The notes: generated from the sequence alone by a model not told the origin. 64,000 nucleotides of DNA from Eledone cirrhosa (GCA_964016885.1 OZ024752.1:992001-1056000), one strand, 5' to 3'. Shown: positions 11,925-26,198, counted from the stretch's first letter. Program-made: numbers and translations.

Positions 11925-14016
11925 AATAAACGAAGCCAAATTTTAAACATTTGACTTATTTATTTTATTTTATTTTATTTTATATATATATATAAATATA
12001 TTTATTAGAGAGAGACCATTTTGTACTCATACACAAATATAATAGAAATATTCACAACAGAGTTTTCATATAGATGCATTAAGTGCATATATAAAAACAC
12101 TCTTGTACAAATACTTCACTCAGTACAAAAACATTATCACTTATTCGTACATAAATAATTCTATGGGTTTACAATGATCAAATGTAGAATAATACCATCG
12201 AAATATACATATGGTAATATTTACATAAATACGGGGACATACAAACATACACGCACGCATACATACCTACATACATACATATATATATAAGTATGTGTAA
12301 TGCTTTAGTCGTACACGAGTGCAATAGTGCCAGTAGTTATGCATACCTATAATTTGGTAATAATTGTGGTGTGAATAGATATACGTAGCACGTTGCTACT
12401 TATAATATTACAAAAGTATCCCGATACTCAAAATTTAGATAATTAAATCGGTTGTTGTAAAAGGAAAGTTTTCAGACTATTTCTAAATTACATTTATCAC
12501 ATAACATTTCAATTTACGAAAGCAAATCTTTTCATCCTGGCTTCATTGCAAAGCAATAAATCTTTCTCTGTTGCAGAGTTTCTAAATGGTATGCTGTCAA
12601 ACCTCATGGTGGTGCTGTGTTTGACCATTCTATGTCCATGAGTAAATGAATATAGTGTGCCAGCATTTCTCTCGATCTCAGCACCCAGACTAAGTTTGTT
12701 TGATTAATGGCCTGTCTCTAGCAACTATCACATGCCACTGTTATACAAACTTTCTCTATATCACTAGCTTTAGTGCATTGTTTATACTATTATTGATTAA
12801 TCGAGTACTGTAAGGTAGTGAATTTTGATTACACGCGCACACTCATGGTGGACACAAACTCACCACCTCACCTATCCCACTTACTCCACATACATATACA
12901 TACACACACATACATACATGCATACATATGTACATATATATATACACACACATATATGTATGTACGTATATATGTATGTATGTGTGTTTGTATGTGTATG
13001 ATCAGTACTTCATCTTTACAGGTGATAGCCGTCTCGTTATTCCTTATTCAGTGAAACTATTCTCTGTCGTACGCCCATGAGCTCTGAAATGACTTCAGAT
13101 AAGCTGATGATTTACAGTGCCTTGTACATACGTGATAAATAAAAGACATCCAGCTCACCATCTGAACAGTACTAAGTGTCTCTGAAATGGTAATCTTGTG
13201 TATATGCCATTGCATTCTAGATTTGAAACAAACACATGTTGCTGCACACTGCACATGTTATATTGTACAGGCATTAGGTTAAGTCTTAGCCTAATGTCTT
13301 AGCCGCTAAGAGAATGTTGTTCATAGGTTGTTTCTGCGAATGTGTGTGTGTGATTCCATGGCATTAATATAGTCAGCTTTCGAAAGAGGAACATGTCCAT
13401 ACACATCACACTCCATCACTTCATATTCTCGGGCAGATTTAGGAGAGCATCTTTAACTATCTTAAAATATATGTGAAACAAATCTTTTAAATCCCCTAGA
13501 TACCAATCCTCTAGGCATCAAAACTAATTAAACTTCAATGATCTTGATAAAGATTTGTTTTTAAAAGGAGTATCTAATTTTATCCTAACCTATTTCATAA
13601 TTGAAATTACACTGATTTTCTAAAAGTCAGAAAATAGGCTTCATGATAATTCTTTACAATAGAACTGAGAGGTATTTTCAAAACTTTGGGAAGAACATTA
13701 TCAATGGAAATCATTTGAAAACATTTTTAATTGGAAAATATTAACTTCTTGTTGTCTTTCACATACCTCTAGTATCCAGCTTACATATGTAGACAAAGGA
13801 AGATTTGCGCTGTTATTATTGTAGACTCACATTAACCCCAATTAAACTCCTTCAAGATAGAAGGCTTTGAAGTCATGTCTTTCTCTCTTTTCATGTGTGA
13901 ATGCATTGTTTAATATCTCCTTTAGGGTATGATTTCAGTACTGCTATTTTTAGCAAAGTGGAGTGTCACATATGTTACAGATATCACAGTCATATAAATA
14001 TTATTTATTTTCTCAA

Positions 14017-14207
14017 TGGCGGTGGGTTGGCAGTATCGGTAGAGGGTCGAACGCCATGCTTTCCAGCATAGTTACGTCCCTTTACGATCTGAGTTCAAAT
14101 CCCGCCGAGGTTGACTTTGCCTTTCATCCTTACGGGGTCGATAAAATAAAGTACCAGTAATGCACTGGGTAATTGCTGGCCTTGTGCCTAAAGTAGAAAC
14201 AATTATT
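14017..14207 (+). mobile_element. Near full-length Deu/Nin SINE
   Basis: GGCGGTGGGTTGGCAGTATCGGTAGAG head, GAGTTCAAATCCC B box, GCCTTTCATCCTTACGGGGTCGATAAAATAAAGTACCAG. Confidence 0.88.
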
Positions 14208-14514
14208 TATTTTCTCAAGAGTGAAAAAGCCATATCGGTCCTTTAAATGTTTCAGAAATAATTTGTATTTAGTTAGTTGTTGTTCTTCAGCCTAAACTCG
14301 GATCCGACGCATTATCAAAGACCCCGTCCTTTTCCTGTTCATTAACGAATGTATTAATACCCATTGAAGACGGAAGAGGGACATCTGTCCGTTATGTCTA
14401 GCAAATAATACCACTACACACAATTTCTCTTGTTGGATCGTACTTAGACACTGAAATTTCTGCGAATTGGATTAGGTTACTATTTGTTAACATGTTACTT
14501 AAGTCATGTATGTA

Positions 14515-14832
14515 TGAACCCTTAACTCCTGATGGAGCCGTTGGAGCGCCATATTGAAATACAGCGTTTCTTGGGCACTAGCGGAGCCCTTCGACTCTCC
14601 AGGTCTGAGAAGATATCTTCCAGAGAAGGGTGGATCATGAGAGAAAGGAAGTGAGAAAGATATATAGAAGAAAAATAGACCCAGTACTTGCCTACTTCTT
14701 TTTTTGTCGACCTCGAAAAGATGAAAGGGAAAGTTAACCTCAATGGGATTTGAACTCAGAGAGCAGCGAGCCAAACTGAATAACGCATATCATTCTATCC
14801 TACGTTCAAATGACTCTGCCAATTTACTGCTT
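14515..14832 (-). mobile_element. SINE variant with alternative ~170-bp 3' tail
   Basis: SINE head/Deu domain at ~14680-14832; tail homologous to 35100-35232 and 42730-42890. Confidence 0.65.
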
Positions 14833-15354
14833 TCTTAGGTCAGAGTTAAGCCATATAAGACACCAATCGGAAATGGGAATTTTCAGTTCACACCGCAATC
14901 AATTTTAACTTGCACTAATACTAGAAGAATAAATAAACCTTCCCAGAAAATATCTTGGTCATGTATCAGTGCAGCAATTCCAGTCTCAATGGATGAGCTG
15001 ACGAACGTTGTATTTCTAAGAATGAGTCTTTTGCGAAGTAAATTTCACAGCTTCATAAAAAATGTTGATCTTGTGGAAATATCAGAATATCATAATTGAT
15101 ACATTTATAAGGCTGTATATGTAGACATAATGCACTCTGCTTCTTAATTTCTTCATTAATTTCTCACATCAGCAGAGGCATTGAAAAGTTTAATGAGTGC
15201 TGCTGTGACCAAGCATTACAAAATATCCGTTTCATTGCTTCAATTTAATTCCACATGATATTATAATACATGTTAAAGAAGTGGCGTTAATACATATATA
15301 CTAATAATATTGCTGGAGAGAGAAATGAAGGAGCAAATTAGAATATGGAAAATG

Positions 15355-15735
15355 AGGTAGGTCTCACGGCCGAAATGGGGGTTCCTCTGAACGTTACTCG
15401 ATAGAGTGTTTAGCTCGGAGTTTAGAGAGTCACACCAGGTAGGGCCGCCACTTCTCCGAATTGAGAGGTCACAGCTTCGATACTATGGGCATGTGGTAAA
15501 AATGTCTCAGGAAAGAATCGCTGGACAGATCTTACGGGCAAAACCAACCGACAGGAGACCCAGATGGTTGGATAAAATCCATGAGCTTGGCTGGTCTCGC
15601 TTGGGGATCCAGCTGGATCAGTTGGATATGGTTGCTTCAGACAGGACCCGCTGAAGGAGTGTTTGAGAACTCTTCCCCCATGACCCTCTCAGGAATAAGT
15701 GGGCGCTGGAGGAGAAAGAGAAGACGACGACGAAG
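15355..15735 (+). mobile_element. RTE-type LINE 3' end
   Basis: LLRIERSQLRYYGHVVKMSQERIA...RRPRWLDKI C-terminal motif; GAAGA/GAC-rich tail. Confidence 0.8.
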
Positions 15736-18700
15736 TCACAAAGAATTTATTTCTACTCTGTAAGTTCGTCCAAATTTAATAGCAAGAACGGAGATAGTAG
15801 TACGGCAGTAATAGTGGTGGTCTTTAGTAACAACTTAGTATTCTGGGAATGATTCAAGGAAGGGATCCACTGAATTGATATATCATTATCTTCTCCAGAA
15901 TGACAGGACAACCTGACTATAGCTCTGCAAATTAATGATGTAATCATACATATTAATTAGCCTGTTGCCTTTGTTGTTGTTGCTGTTGTTTTTGTTTACA
16001 CTGAATCATCTCAGATTGAGCATTATAAGATCAAAAGCATTCCGGTGAGAACTATTCAATGTGGTGTTCTACGTTTCTGTAGAAGGCAGTGTATGATATG
16101 AGAGAGATTTAGCTGGTTAAGTGATGACATAGACACTTGAACTCTACGACCCTCTTTAATCTGATTAAAACAAGCTCAATTAGAATTTTCCAAATTGTCT
16201 TGGTTGCAGAACCTTTCCATTTCATCTTTGATTGGCCTGTCCACTAAGTAATCAGTTTCCTCTAATTACATGAATATTAAGTTTACCCAAAATTACGTTC
16301 AAAATCAGGTATAGGTCATAGAACTAAATAAAATGCGGTTTACTTCGTAGTTTCCTGATTCATGCTTAGTGCTGCCCTGTGAACAGCACCCCATGTTACC
16401 AGATGTTGCTGTCTACTATTTCCTTCTTTTTCAGCTTGTCTCGCCCCCCAGTAAGCTCCTAAATGACCTTTACTGCTACACGTGTACAGATGGGTTTCGG
16501 GCACGTTTCACCAGTTTTAAATCCTTGTCTTTCTGTACCCGTCAATCCTGGAAGTAATTTGCTGTTTTCGAAGATTATTAGGACTTGCATGTCCACAAAG
16601 AATCTGCCTGACTACATATCACTAATGACATCGTCAACGCTTTCAAACTAGCCATATTGTGCTACATAAGTGTCAACGATCTAAGAGCTGACGCTGTATC
16701 AGATACCTTTCACGCTGACCATCGCATTTGTTCGTCCCACATATTGAGGGATAAACTATTTTAATTTATAGGACGCACTTGTATAGATTGTCTGCTCAGC
16801 CAATAATCAATTCCAAGTACGGATTCATTTAGTTATCTACCTCACTCGATACAGAAGATCTCGTACTGCATATCAGATAGGGGTGTGGGTGTCTCCATGT
16901 AATCTTTGAGAAAACTCCGTAATTTGGAAATGCATAAATAACTAACTATTCCTAATTTTCGGGCTTTTTTGCTGGCTTCAGTAAAAAATCAAAAACAAAA
17001 TCAAGACGTTCGTTTGTGGCTGTAAAGTGCTGACATTCAGATGTACTTTCAGCTGGTCCATATATACATTTCCCCAGATTTCAGTAACTTTAACAAAGGA
17101 CGAGATGAGATTTGTAATCTTGTTGATGTCATTAACAAATTTAGAATTCCTTCTGTTCAGAAATATGTGTTTATGGGAGTGTTGTTGTTGTTGTTTCCGA
17201 ACGTTTCATGGAAATATTTCCCAATCTTTTCTTTTGAAACCTGTATTCAAAGCTTTCTTTTAAAGTGACAACTCGCTTTCTTCTTATAAGCTCTTACCGC
17301 TCCTCTAGTGGTGAAAGCTATGTATAACATTATTGTAACTACAACAAATATCTAAAATAATTAAACGAATGTTTAAAACAGACCTTCTGGTAAACTCATG
17401 TATTAGTATAGACACCCCGACGTCCCATTATACTCTTTTGTAAGATAATTCAAAAAGGAAAAAATAATTAAAATTTCTTAACCACCATACACCACTACTA
17501 CCAGGAACAGCAACAACAAAAACAAGAACAGCAACACCACCACCACTGCCACCACCACCACAAAGAATAGCAACAACAAAAACAACACTACCAAATGACA
17601 ACCTATTCAGTATTGGTAATTGTATACTTTTGATCCACGTCAATATTTTGAGATTAGAAAAAATATTGAATGAGAATCAATGAAATATAATTTGCATAAA
17701 TAATGTTTTAAATCCAAAGAATTACTTGGTTTTATAGCAAATAGCAATATCCATATTCATCGCATATTTTCATATTCAATTCAAAATATTTCAAAATGTA
17801 GGATTTAAGGGTTTAATCCATGCAGATCATGTATTAAAATGCTTCACAGATATATTAATATTTGTACTAGCAGAATGACAAGAATTAAAATATCTGCAGA
17901 TTGGGAAAAGGCAACTCAGAGAAATAATTATCAATTGATAATGAAACAAAATAAAGATCTTAAATTTCCGTTTACCTAAATGTGAATATCTAATTATCCT
18001 ATTTAATCTTACGACAACCTGATAATTAGAATTTCAGAATTTACAAAGACGTTTGCATAACTGTTCTTCTGTTGAATACAAATATGTTTTTCTTACTCCA
18101 TTTTATGATTTATAATATGTGGCAGTGGATTGTAAGAAGCGATAATGTTGCATGGAACATGTTTTAATTATACTCAATTAGATTACCTTACATTCTGAGT
18201 TGAAATTTGACCGCGGACAAATTTGGTTTTCACTCTTCCATCTGACGTGGAAATAAGTATCAATCAAATACAGCAATAGACTAAATGTATTATAGCTACG
18301 TCATAAATACATGCTGGCTTGTGTAAATTTTGGAAATAATTTTTGTTAATATAGATTAATTTTTCCAAGGAGCGAAACTTGGAAACATACTATTTTTATA
18401 TTTTAAATCAGTTCTTTAAATTAATTTTATAAGGGTTGTCATAATTTTAACGTAGAAGAAAAGCGGTCACTGACATTTGTGCCACCTGAAACGGTATTTG
18501 AATTTGGCTAACATGCTCACCCCAAAAATATTGAACAGTGACTCCATCTTAAAGAGCCGCTCTCATGAAATTACTATCCGTGGTGGACCGCCCCGCCACA
18601 AACAAAAAAGCTACTATAGGTAATTGTTTAAATCAGTCCAGGTGAATACTTGACTTGTATTTACTTTACTGACATAGGAAGCATGAAAAACAGAGCTGAT

Positions 18701-19652
18701 CTCAACAAGAATTTCAATTTAGAATGTACAAAGGAATAAATAACGTAAATCAGCTTTCCTACTGCTCTACCTGTTTATAATACTCTCTGTTTTGCCTTTC
18801 TGAAATTATGAACATGTTTCAAACACGAGCAAGATATTTTACTATCACATGTTATTATACCACTTAAATGACTCATTTATTTTTGATGAGAGAGAGAGGA
18901 GAGAGGGAGAGAGATAATATTTAGTGGAGTAAGGAAGCCAGTATATTTGACTGAGCTGACAAGATAATTTCAACGATCTCAGTGACTTGCACAATTGTAA
19001 CAATCGGCAGGATTTCAGTTACAAGTTTATCTGAGTTTAATCTAATCTATTCACCCCACACATTTAATTAACTTTATTAACGATTCATTTTCAAGTTCTA
19101 CTATTTGCAAAGTCAGAATACGATACAGTAAAATATACTGTAGAGCCTTCTGTAAATACTTAATTATATCCATTACCGCTTTGAAAGCAAATACCACTTG
19201 AGCAAGTTTTGTCTTTAACGCCAAGCAATCATTAATGAAAAAAATAATTAATGTAGATCCAATGTAAATCGAATGGAGTAATTCGAGAATAAAAGGGTCT
19301 AGTCAGAGAAAGTATATCAGAAAAGAATAATCAAATAACAGAATATAATATTTACTGCTGGAAGGAAGGTGAGGTGTGCTACGTTTTCAATTGTAGCTCT
19401 CTTCAAAGAAAACCAAAGAATAAAAGAAGAAAGGACAGAATAAAGAAAAGAAAAAAATTCTGTGTAACTAATATCTATATGTAGTTAGTATGCTAATGTG
19501 ATGAATGATGGTCGGAAGAGGTAGAGAGAGGAAAAAACTTTTCACAGCTGAGAAGGTCATACTAAATGGGTGAGCTGTCTCTGTGTATGTATATCTATCT
19601 ACGTTTCTAAACAATTAGGCATCGAAAATCAATAAATATATAATATTTGCCC

Positions 19653-19700
<48 letters not shown>

Positions 19701-19779
19701 CAAAAGGTTATCGCTCTACATGGCTGAATACAATAAATATAAAAAAATTTCGAATAATATTATAAAAAATAACATAATT

Positions 19780-19915
19780 AATAATAATATTCGATTCGCT
19801 TGCAATTATGCAGACAAGCCTCTTTTAAGCCATGTCAGTAGAATGAGCCCCGCATTCTTGCTCTTGTGTTGGCATATAAACAGAACTGCAGACACTAATG
19901 ATTCTGGGTGATTAC
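19780..19915. repeat. Dispersed repeat, second copy at 63868-64000
   Basis: ATAATATTCGATTCG...GCCATGTCAGTAGAATGAG...AACAGAACTGCAGACACTAATG shared; both copies lie just after (AT)n. Confidence 0.8.
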
Positions 19916-20438
19916 CCTTCACCAGTGCAGTTCACTGTTCACCTGCCAACTGTCAGAGTGAAAATATATGATATTTTATAAAAATACAGCGACTGATCGG
20001 CCTGATATACATATAAGCAAACTGGCTGATCAGTCAGATCTTCATATTAGCAGATAACCTTTTGAGATCACAAGATGATGAAGTCATACACCTTTTTCCT
20101 AGGCACCGACAGAAGCTCCATGTAAGATGCAGCAGCATAGGCAACCGAAGGATGAATGAGGATGAGAATGTTTAGAATGGCCGGGCCATAACATTTTGCT
20201 ACCATTGGAGAATTTTCAAATTTCAAAAGACTGCCCGCAATTATCCGGCAAAGACCACACGAGCTCCACTTGCACCATGAGCAGGGTAGTCAGCCCTCAT
20301 CCTCTAGCCATCATCTACCTGTAAAACAAAAGGACACCTAGATAAATCGTACAGCAACAGCGCACACACAAATTGCAGCCGTTAAACAACTACCTACTCT
20401 GTCGTCTTTTCCAAACGTATCAGTGCTACCATATACAG

Positions 20439-20474
<36 letters not shown>

Positions 20475-20672
20475 GTCTATATTGTGTCTATATTGTGTCT
20501 ATATTCTATCTGTATTATTTTTGACCGCCGGTCAGTCAATGGCAACATTGAGGACCGAGTAAGTTAGATCGCAGATATAAAAGACAGCGAGAAGCGAAAA
20601 ACCAACCAAACAGTGAGTGTGTTCTGTTATTAATTCTGGCAATATTACGCAAATATGACCCTCCCCAAATAT

Positions 20673-20767
<95 letters not shown>

Positions 20768-20827
20768 TAAAAAAATAATGAATAAAACAATGAAACAGTT
20801 CCTTATATTAAACAAAAAAAGTTCATT

Positions 20828-20958
20828 ATTTAACGATCGTTTCTAGGACATATATGTGTTAGAATTGGCATGCATATTCAAAAGATCTATGTACAAAATT
20901 ATACAAACTATCAAAGAGAATATACATACCATCACATATATATGCTGTCTTCAGAAAT
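20828..20958 (-). ncRNA. Hammerhead-like motif with long stem II (family B, copy 2)
   Basis: Minus strand: TTT-CTGAAGA-long stem-GAAAC-GATC-GTT-AAA; homologous to 11568-11695. Confidence 0.6.
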
Positions 20959-21742
20959 AATGAAGTATATTTATTGATAATAACAACAATTCAAAATTAC
21001 AGGTCTGTTTGGGAACAGATTTTAAATAGACCAATGAAATACATAAAATTTCATCAAGAAAATACAGTTAGGTGTGTGTATATATGTAAGTAACTTCGTT
21101 CACAGATATGCATAAAAATGTATATTCACATGCATACGCATGTCGAAAAAGTGTATGTAAATATAAAAATTTAGGGCTAATGTCTCTGTATATTTATAAT
21201 CCACAGACAAAATATACATACATATACATATATATATATATACACACATATATACACACATATACATACATTCATACACACACACACGCATATATACATA
21301 AACACACACATACCTATGAACACATACACACATACACACACACACACACATACGTATATATTATTATTATAACTATATGGATATTGAGGCGCACACATAA
21401 ACACGGCCACACACACTTACATCTAGATGCAGAATTAAAAGGAGGTAAGGGAGTAAGTAATTAAAAGAGGGTGTCAGACTCAGCATATTTATAAAAATGT
21501 ATCTATAAATTTAGAAATAAAAAGAAATATAATAAAAGAAATATAATAAAAACATAAAAAAACATAAAAGAGAGACATAAAATATACATGCTTATATACA
21601 TACGCACATTTACACATCCATACGTTCGATACATACATACGTACACACACACACATACAAATACTTAACCTCACGCATATTAACCTGTTTGTATGCATAT
21701 ACATAAAAACAAGTAAAACATATACTCATACATCTAAATACA

Positions 21743-21806
<64 letters not shown>

Positions 21807-21949
21807 ACGTAAAATAAGAAAATTTCTTAAAAAAAAAAAAAAAAAAAAATTAACTTACTTACTTAAATTTACACACATATATATATATATATATATATAC
21901 ACATACACACAACACACATATATACATATATGTACACACACATACATGC

Positions 21950-21989
<40 letters not shown>

Positions 21990-22544
21990 TGGCTGCCAAC
22001 TCGTTTTCGAGTACGGCCACTACTTTATATCCATGTAGGAGAACCCCTACCGATGCGCTGAACGAGTGTGACTTTTTAGTCCAGCCAGTGACTTGAAAAC
22101 TCTGGTACAAACACTACACTTGTGACAATTACTGACACATAGTGCTGGGCCCATGGTACCATGTGACGACAAGTGCAGAGAGATCTCCAGATATAAAGCA
22201 ATGCCTGTGCCGTGAAGCTTTTATAGTGAGCAAAGGCACTGCACAAAGCCAGTCCCACTCTCTTAACCAAGATGATATTTACCAAAAAGAAGAACAAGTC
22301 AACATCATTGGATACCATCAGGGTTGCAGGTGTTATATCAGAGTTTTCCTTCTCCTAGAATTCTGCCTTGACATATACATATATATATACACACATATAT
22401 ATACACACATATATATACACACATATATATACACACACACACATACATATACGTATATATACATACACACACATACCCATGTATATATACACACAATCAC
22501 ACACTCACACACACTCAGACATACATAAATATAGAGACATACAT

Positions 22545-22620
<76 letters not shown>

Positions 22621-22713
22621 AATAAATAAATACACACAGTCAGACAATTATGCACATATATACACATACATACATACATCTCTACAAATACATATACATA
22701 CACATATATACAC

Positions 22714-22765
<52 letters not shown>

Positions 22766-23049
22766 CACTCATACACACTTATTTACATGCGCGCATATGT
22801 ATTTTTATACTCACATACAAACACACAAACATACATACTTACATACACATACATACATCCACGCTTACAAATACGAATAATTATGGGGGGGGGGGGAGGG
22901 GGATTAAAATTATTAGTGGGAAATAGTAAATATAGGTTTCAAGGAACATAGAATATTAATCTGCATTTAAATCATAATATGTGTTTACATAGTAGTGTCA
23001 GTATTAGGAAATGGTATTTGTAAGAAAGAAGGCTAAATTATGCATTTAA

Positions 23050-23950
23050 ATATAAGTAGACTATTAATTATAGGTTAATTAAAGTAAAAATAGTTAATAT
23101 ATTAATTTCTAAGGTGTATACTACTTAGGTTTATAATATTTAAAGCGGAATTTTGAAGTTAAACAGTAGTAGAGTATTAATTATAGCATAACTAAATTAA
23201 AAATATTAACATGATGGTATCAATTTTAGGAAATGAATTTTGTAATAGGGAAAGCCAAATCAAGTATTTCATCGGTAGTAGAATATTAATTATAGGTTAA
23301 CTAAATAAAAAATTATATATTAATTTCTATAGTATATGTTAATTAGGTTTATAATAATTAAAGCAAAATTTTGTATTTTATCTATAGTAGAATATAATTA
23401 TAGGTTAACTAAATTAAAATTAATCTATATATTTAATTGTAAAGAATATATTAATTAGGTATATATTTAAAAGTTTTTCTCAGTTTATGATTACATGATA
23501 TTCTGCAATCCATCTGTATTAGAATTTTAATTTTAAGCTAACTAAATTAAAATTATAGGTTAACTAAATTAAAATTAATTTATAAATTAATTTCTAAATT
23601 GTATATTAATTAGGTTTATAATATTAAAAAAATATTTCTCTGTTATTGATTACACGATATTTTGTTATATTTCATCTGTAAAGGAATTTTAGTAAAAGGT
23701 TAAATAAACTAAAATTAATCTACATATTAATTTCCAAAGTATATATTAATTATGTTAATAATATTTAAAAGGTTTTCACAGTTTATGATTACACGATATT
23801 TTTTAATTTCATCTGTAGTAGAATTTTAATTAAATTAAAATTATAGGTTAACTACATTTAAATTAATTTATATATTAATTTCTAAAATATATATTATTAA
23901 TTAGGTTTATAATATTTAAATGTTTTTCTCAGTTTATGATTACACGATAT
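23050..23950. repeat. Degenerate ~140-160-bp tandem repeats derived from the PLE ORF end
   Basis: TTTTTCTCAGTTTATGATTACACGATAT variants at ~23475, 23635, 23775 and 23922; ATTATAGGTTAACTAAATTAAAA recurs. Confidence 0.75.
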
Positions 23951-24535
23951 AATTAATTCCTGTCGCTTATTTAATAGGATATCCTTAGATTTCATTATTT
24001 CAAATAGTTCTTGGGAACACAATCTACATTCATTTCTATTATTTTGATAAGGGGTGGCTCTTTTGAGCACACTCCAGGTCATATCATATTCTATATTCTT
24101 ATTTCTATAACTATTAATTTTTTCTGCTAGAGATGTTGTATTAGCCAGTGCGGCATTTTTAAAACTATGTTTGTGGGTATTAAACCTTACCTTAAAATTG
24201 TTAGAAGTAGCTCCTATATATGAGCAAATAGAATCTTTAGTTTTAACTTTACATTTATAAACTATGTTGTTAACAAGACAATTTCCTTTTAATGGGCAGT
24301 TTGCTTTGTTTCTACAGTTACAACCTTTCGTTAATTCTGTATTTGAGGAGATATTATGGTTAGTTTGATGTATTGGTGGTATACTTATGGTTTTTTTACA
24401 TTTATATGCATTATAGGCACTTATATTTTGTTTTATGTTTTTGGTTGTTGAGTATGAGAATTTAACTGTTGATCTATTTAAGATTTGATGGTATTTGTGG
24501 TTTGGCGGGAAGTTTTTCTCTAGGATATTAAACAT
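23897..24535 (-). CDS. PLE linker zinc finger + GIY-YIG endonuclease
   Basis: 212-aa ORF: CxCx5Cx5C, VY...YIG, RFNTH, CRLCSQE, LNKRQE, CNH. Confidence 0.88.
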   Translation of the reverse strand: MFNILEKNFPPNHKYHQILNRSTVKFSYSTTKNIKQNISAYNAYKCKKTISIPPIHQTNHNISSNTELTKGCNCRNKANCPLKGNCLVNNIVYKCKVKTKDSICSYIGATSNNFKVRFNTHKHSFKNAALANTTSLAEKINSYRNKNIEYDMTWSVLKRATPYQNNRNECRLCSQELFEIMKSKDILLNKRQELIISCNHKLRKTFKYYKPN

Positions 24536-26046
24536 TTTTTTAGCAAATTATCCTTAATTTGTAAATTAAATGGAGCATTATACCAAGTAACTCGTCTATT
24601 ACGGTTTCTATATTGTTTATTGTTTTTATAGGATGCATCGTGATGTTTACTAGGAGGATTAATGTTAATGACCTCACCACGCACATTTTTGGTTAGATTT
24701 ATTGATTTAGGTGTTTTAGCTTGTTTATTAGGAGTTTTATTATTAACATTTATTAGAGTTGTATGATGAGTAGTTTTTTGAGAGTTACTATACTTTATAT
24801 TAGAGGAGTTAGAGAAATTTGGTTTTATGTTGGTATTTTGGGGTATAGTGTGAGTGGCATTTAGGTGTGTACTTTTCATTTGGTGTTTGTTGGTAATATT
24901 AGGTTGTATGTTTATAGTGTTATTAGTAGAAGGTATATATTCCAATCTATTTTTGTGGCCACTTCTATCTAGAGCTTCGTTATAGAAGGTCGCATTTTTA
25001 TCAAATACATCTTGGTTAGACGAAAGGTTAGAAATTCTAAGTGATATATTATATGCAAGGTTTTTAAGGATAGATTTAGGGTGATTAGATTGTGAGTGTA
25101 TGTAGTGTAAGTTTTGGTTGGGTTTATGGTAAGGTTGGTAGATACCCGTAGCTAAGTCTAAAGTTATATCTAGGAAATTAACTACTTTACTTGTGTTTTC
25201 AAAAGTAATATGAAGACTATAATAGTCTTTAAGGAAAGTTCTAATAAGCTTTTTGTTTTTTTCTATTTCTGAGAGGCTAAGGTTGTTAGAAAGAAGAAGA
25301 CAGTCATCACGATATAAACCACCTTTAAGGTGGGGAAAGGAAGCATTTATGTTAAAAAGAAAAAAGAGGCCCACAAGATCAGTAATTTGGGCAGAATCGC
25401 TTGAACCCATAGTAATATCAAATAGATTACTATATGTGTTTCTGGTCCAGTATTCATTCTGAAATTCAATAAGTGTTAGTCTAGCATGTGTAATAATATT
25501 AATGTCATCCAAAGTTAAGTTAGATCTATTTTTAGCAAATATCAAAGCTTTGTTCAGGAGTATAGATGATATAGAAGAATAGTAATTATCTATATCAAAT
25601 TGTAGAAATGAAGCAGAAGATTTACATCTAATATTTTTAAACCAGTTAATTACCTGGGAAGTGTTTTCCCAGAGTGGTAAATTAACATGTTTTCTTATTT
25701 GTGGGATGACTCTATCCAAATTTTTTTTGCTAATTATTCCAATATCAGATTTGGAGGGACATATAAGTCTTATAGAAGGATTTGAGTTAAAGTTTGATTT
25801 ATGATCTTTCAGGTTGAAGTGTGGTCTTTTCAATGCCAAAGGTTCAGTTCTATCTTCAATATTTAGTTTATTCACTATGTTGTGTGTTTTGTTGTTGATG
25901 TTGGTGAGTGACGCATTATTAGTTTTTCTATAATTTTTCCTGAGTTCTTTATATATGAACTCATTATAATTTTCAAAATCCATGTGATATAAGTTTCCAG
26001 TTTTGTCCGAGTGGACATGGATTTTTTTAGACTTTTTTAGGTCCAA
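24520..26046 (-). CDS. PLE reverse transcriptase (partial, frameshifted into the endonuclease ORF)
   Basis: 508-aa ORF with YRDD catalytic motif and PLE thumb region. Confidence 0.88.
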   Translation of the reverse strand: MDLKKSKKIHVHSDKTGNLYHMDFENYNEFIYKELRKNYRKTNNASLTNINNKTHNIVNKLNIEDRTEPLALKRPHFNLKDHKSNFNSNPSIRLICPSKSDIGIISKKNLDRVIPQIRKHVNLPLWENTSQVINWFKNIRCKSSASFLQFDIDNYYSSISSILLNKALIFAKNRSNLTLDDINIITHARLTLIEFQNEYWTRNTYSNLFDITMGSSDSAQITDLVGLFFLFNINASFPHLKGGLYRDDCLLLSNNLSLSEIEKNKKLIRTFLKDYYSLHITFENTSKVVNFLDITLDLATGIYQPYHKPNQNLHYIHSQSNHPKSILKNLAYNISLRISNLSSNQDVFDKNATFYNEALDRSGHKNRLEYIPSTNNTINIQPNITNKHQMKSTHLNATHTIPQNTNIKPNFSNSSNIKYSNSQKTTHHTTLINVNNKTPNKQAKTPKSINLTKNVRGEVININPPSKHHDASYKNNKQYRNRNRRVTWYNAPFNLQIKDNLLKKCLIS

Positions 26047-26162
26047 TAGGGTAGAATCAAGGTCCTTTTGAATATATATATATATATATATATGTATATG
26101 TATTTATATATATATATGTGTATATGTGTATATATATGTATGTCTGTGTGTGTATATGTATT

Positions 26163-26198
<36 letters not shown>

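Larger units (their letters stand above)
23897..26070 (-). mobile_element. Penelope-like element 1 (Naiad-like), 5'-truncated: RT + zinc finger + GIY-YIG
   Basis: [44 protein letters not shown]; CNCRNKANCPLKGNC (CxCx5Cx5C); IVYKC...YIGATS; single frameshift at ~24535. Confidence 0.9.

Noticed and set aside
12577-12641. Possible host exon after TCTTTCTCTGTTGCAG (FLNGMLSNLMVVLCLTILCP*)
   Set aside because: Short, no recognisable homology and no partner exons; needs RNA-seq
14940-15250. Possible decayed mariner N-terminus on the minus strand
   Set aside because: Only faint motif resemblance and no clear TIR
16600-17400. Possible decayed Tc1-like transposase on the minus strand
   Set aside because: Too degenerate to support by eye
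19370-19410. Degenerate HHR-like motifs (also ~3105, ~6530, ~7005, ~63635)
   Set aside because: Core or stems incomplete; could be chance matches or dead copies
23897-24535. Selenocysteine-encoding Naiad (UGA at Cys positions)
   Set aside because: Zinc-finger and endonuclease Cys codons are TGT/TGC in both PLEs; no in-frame TGA to recode
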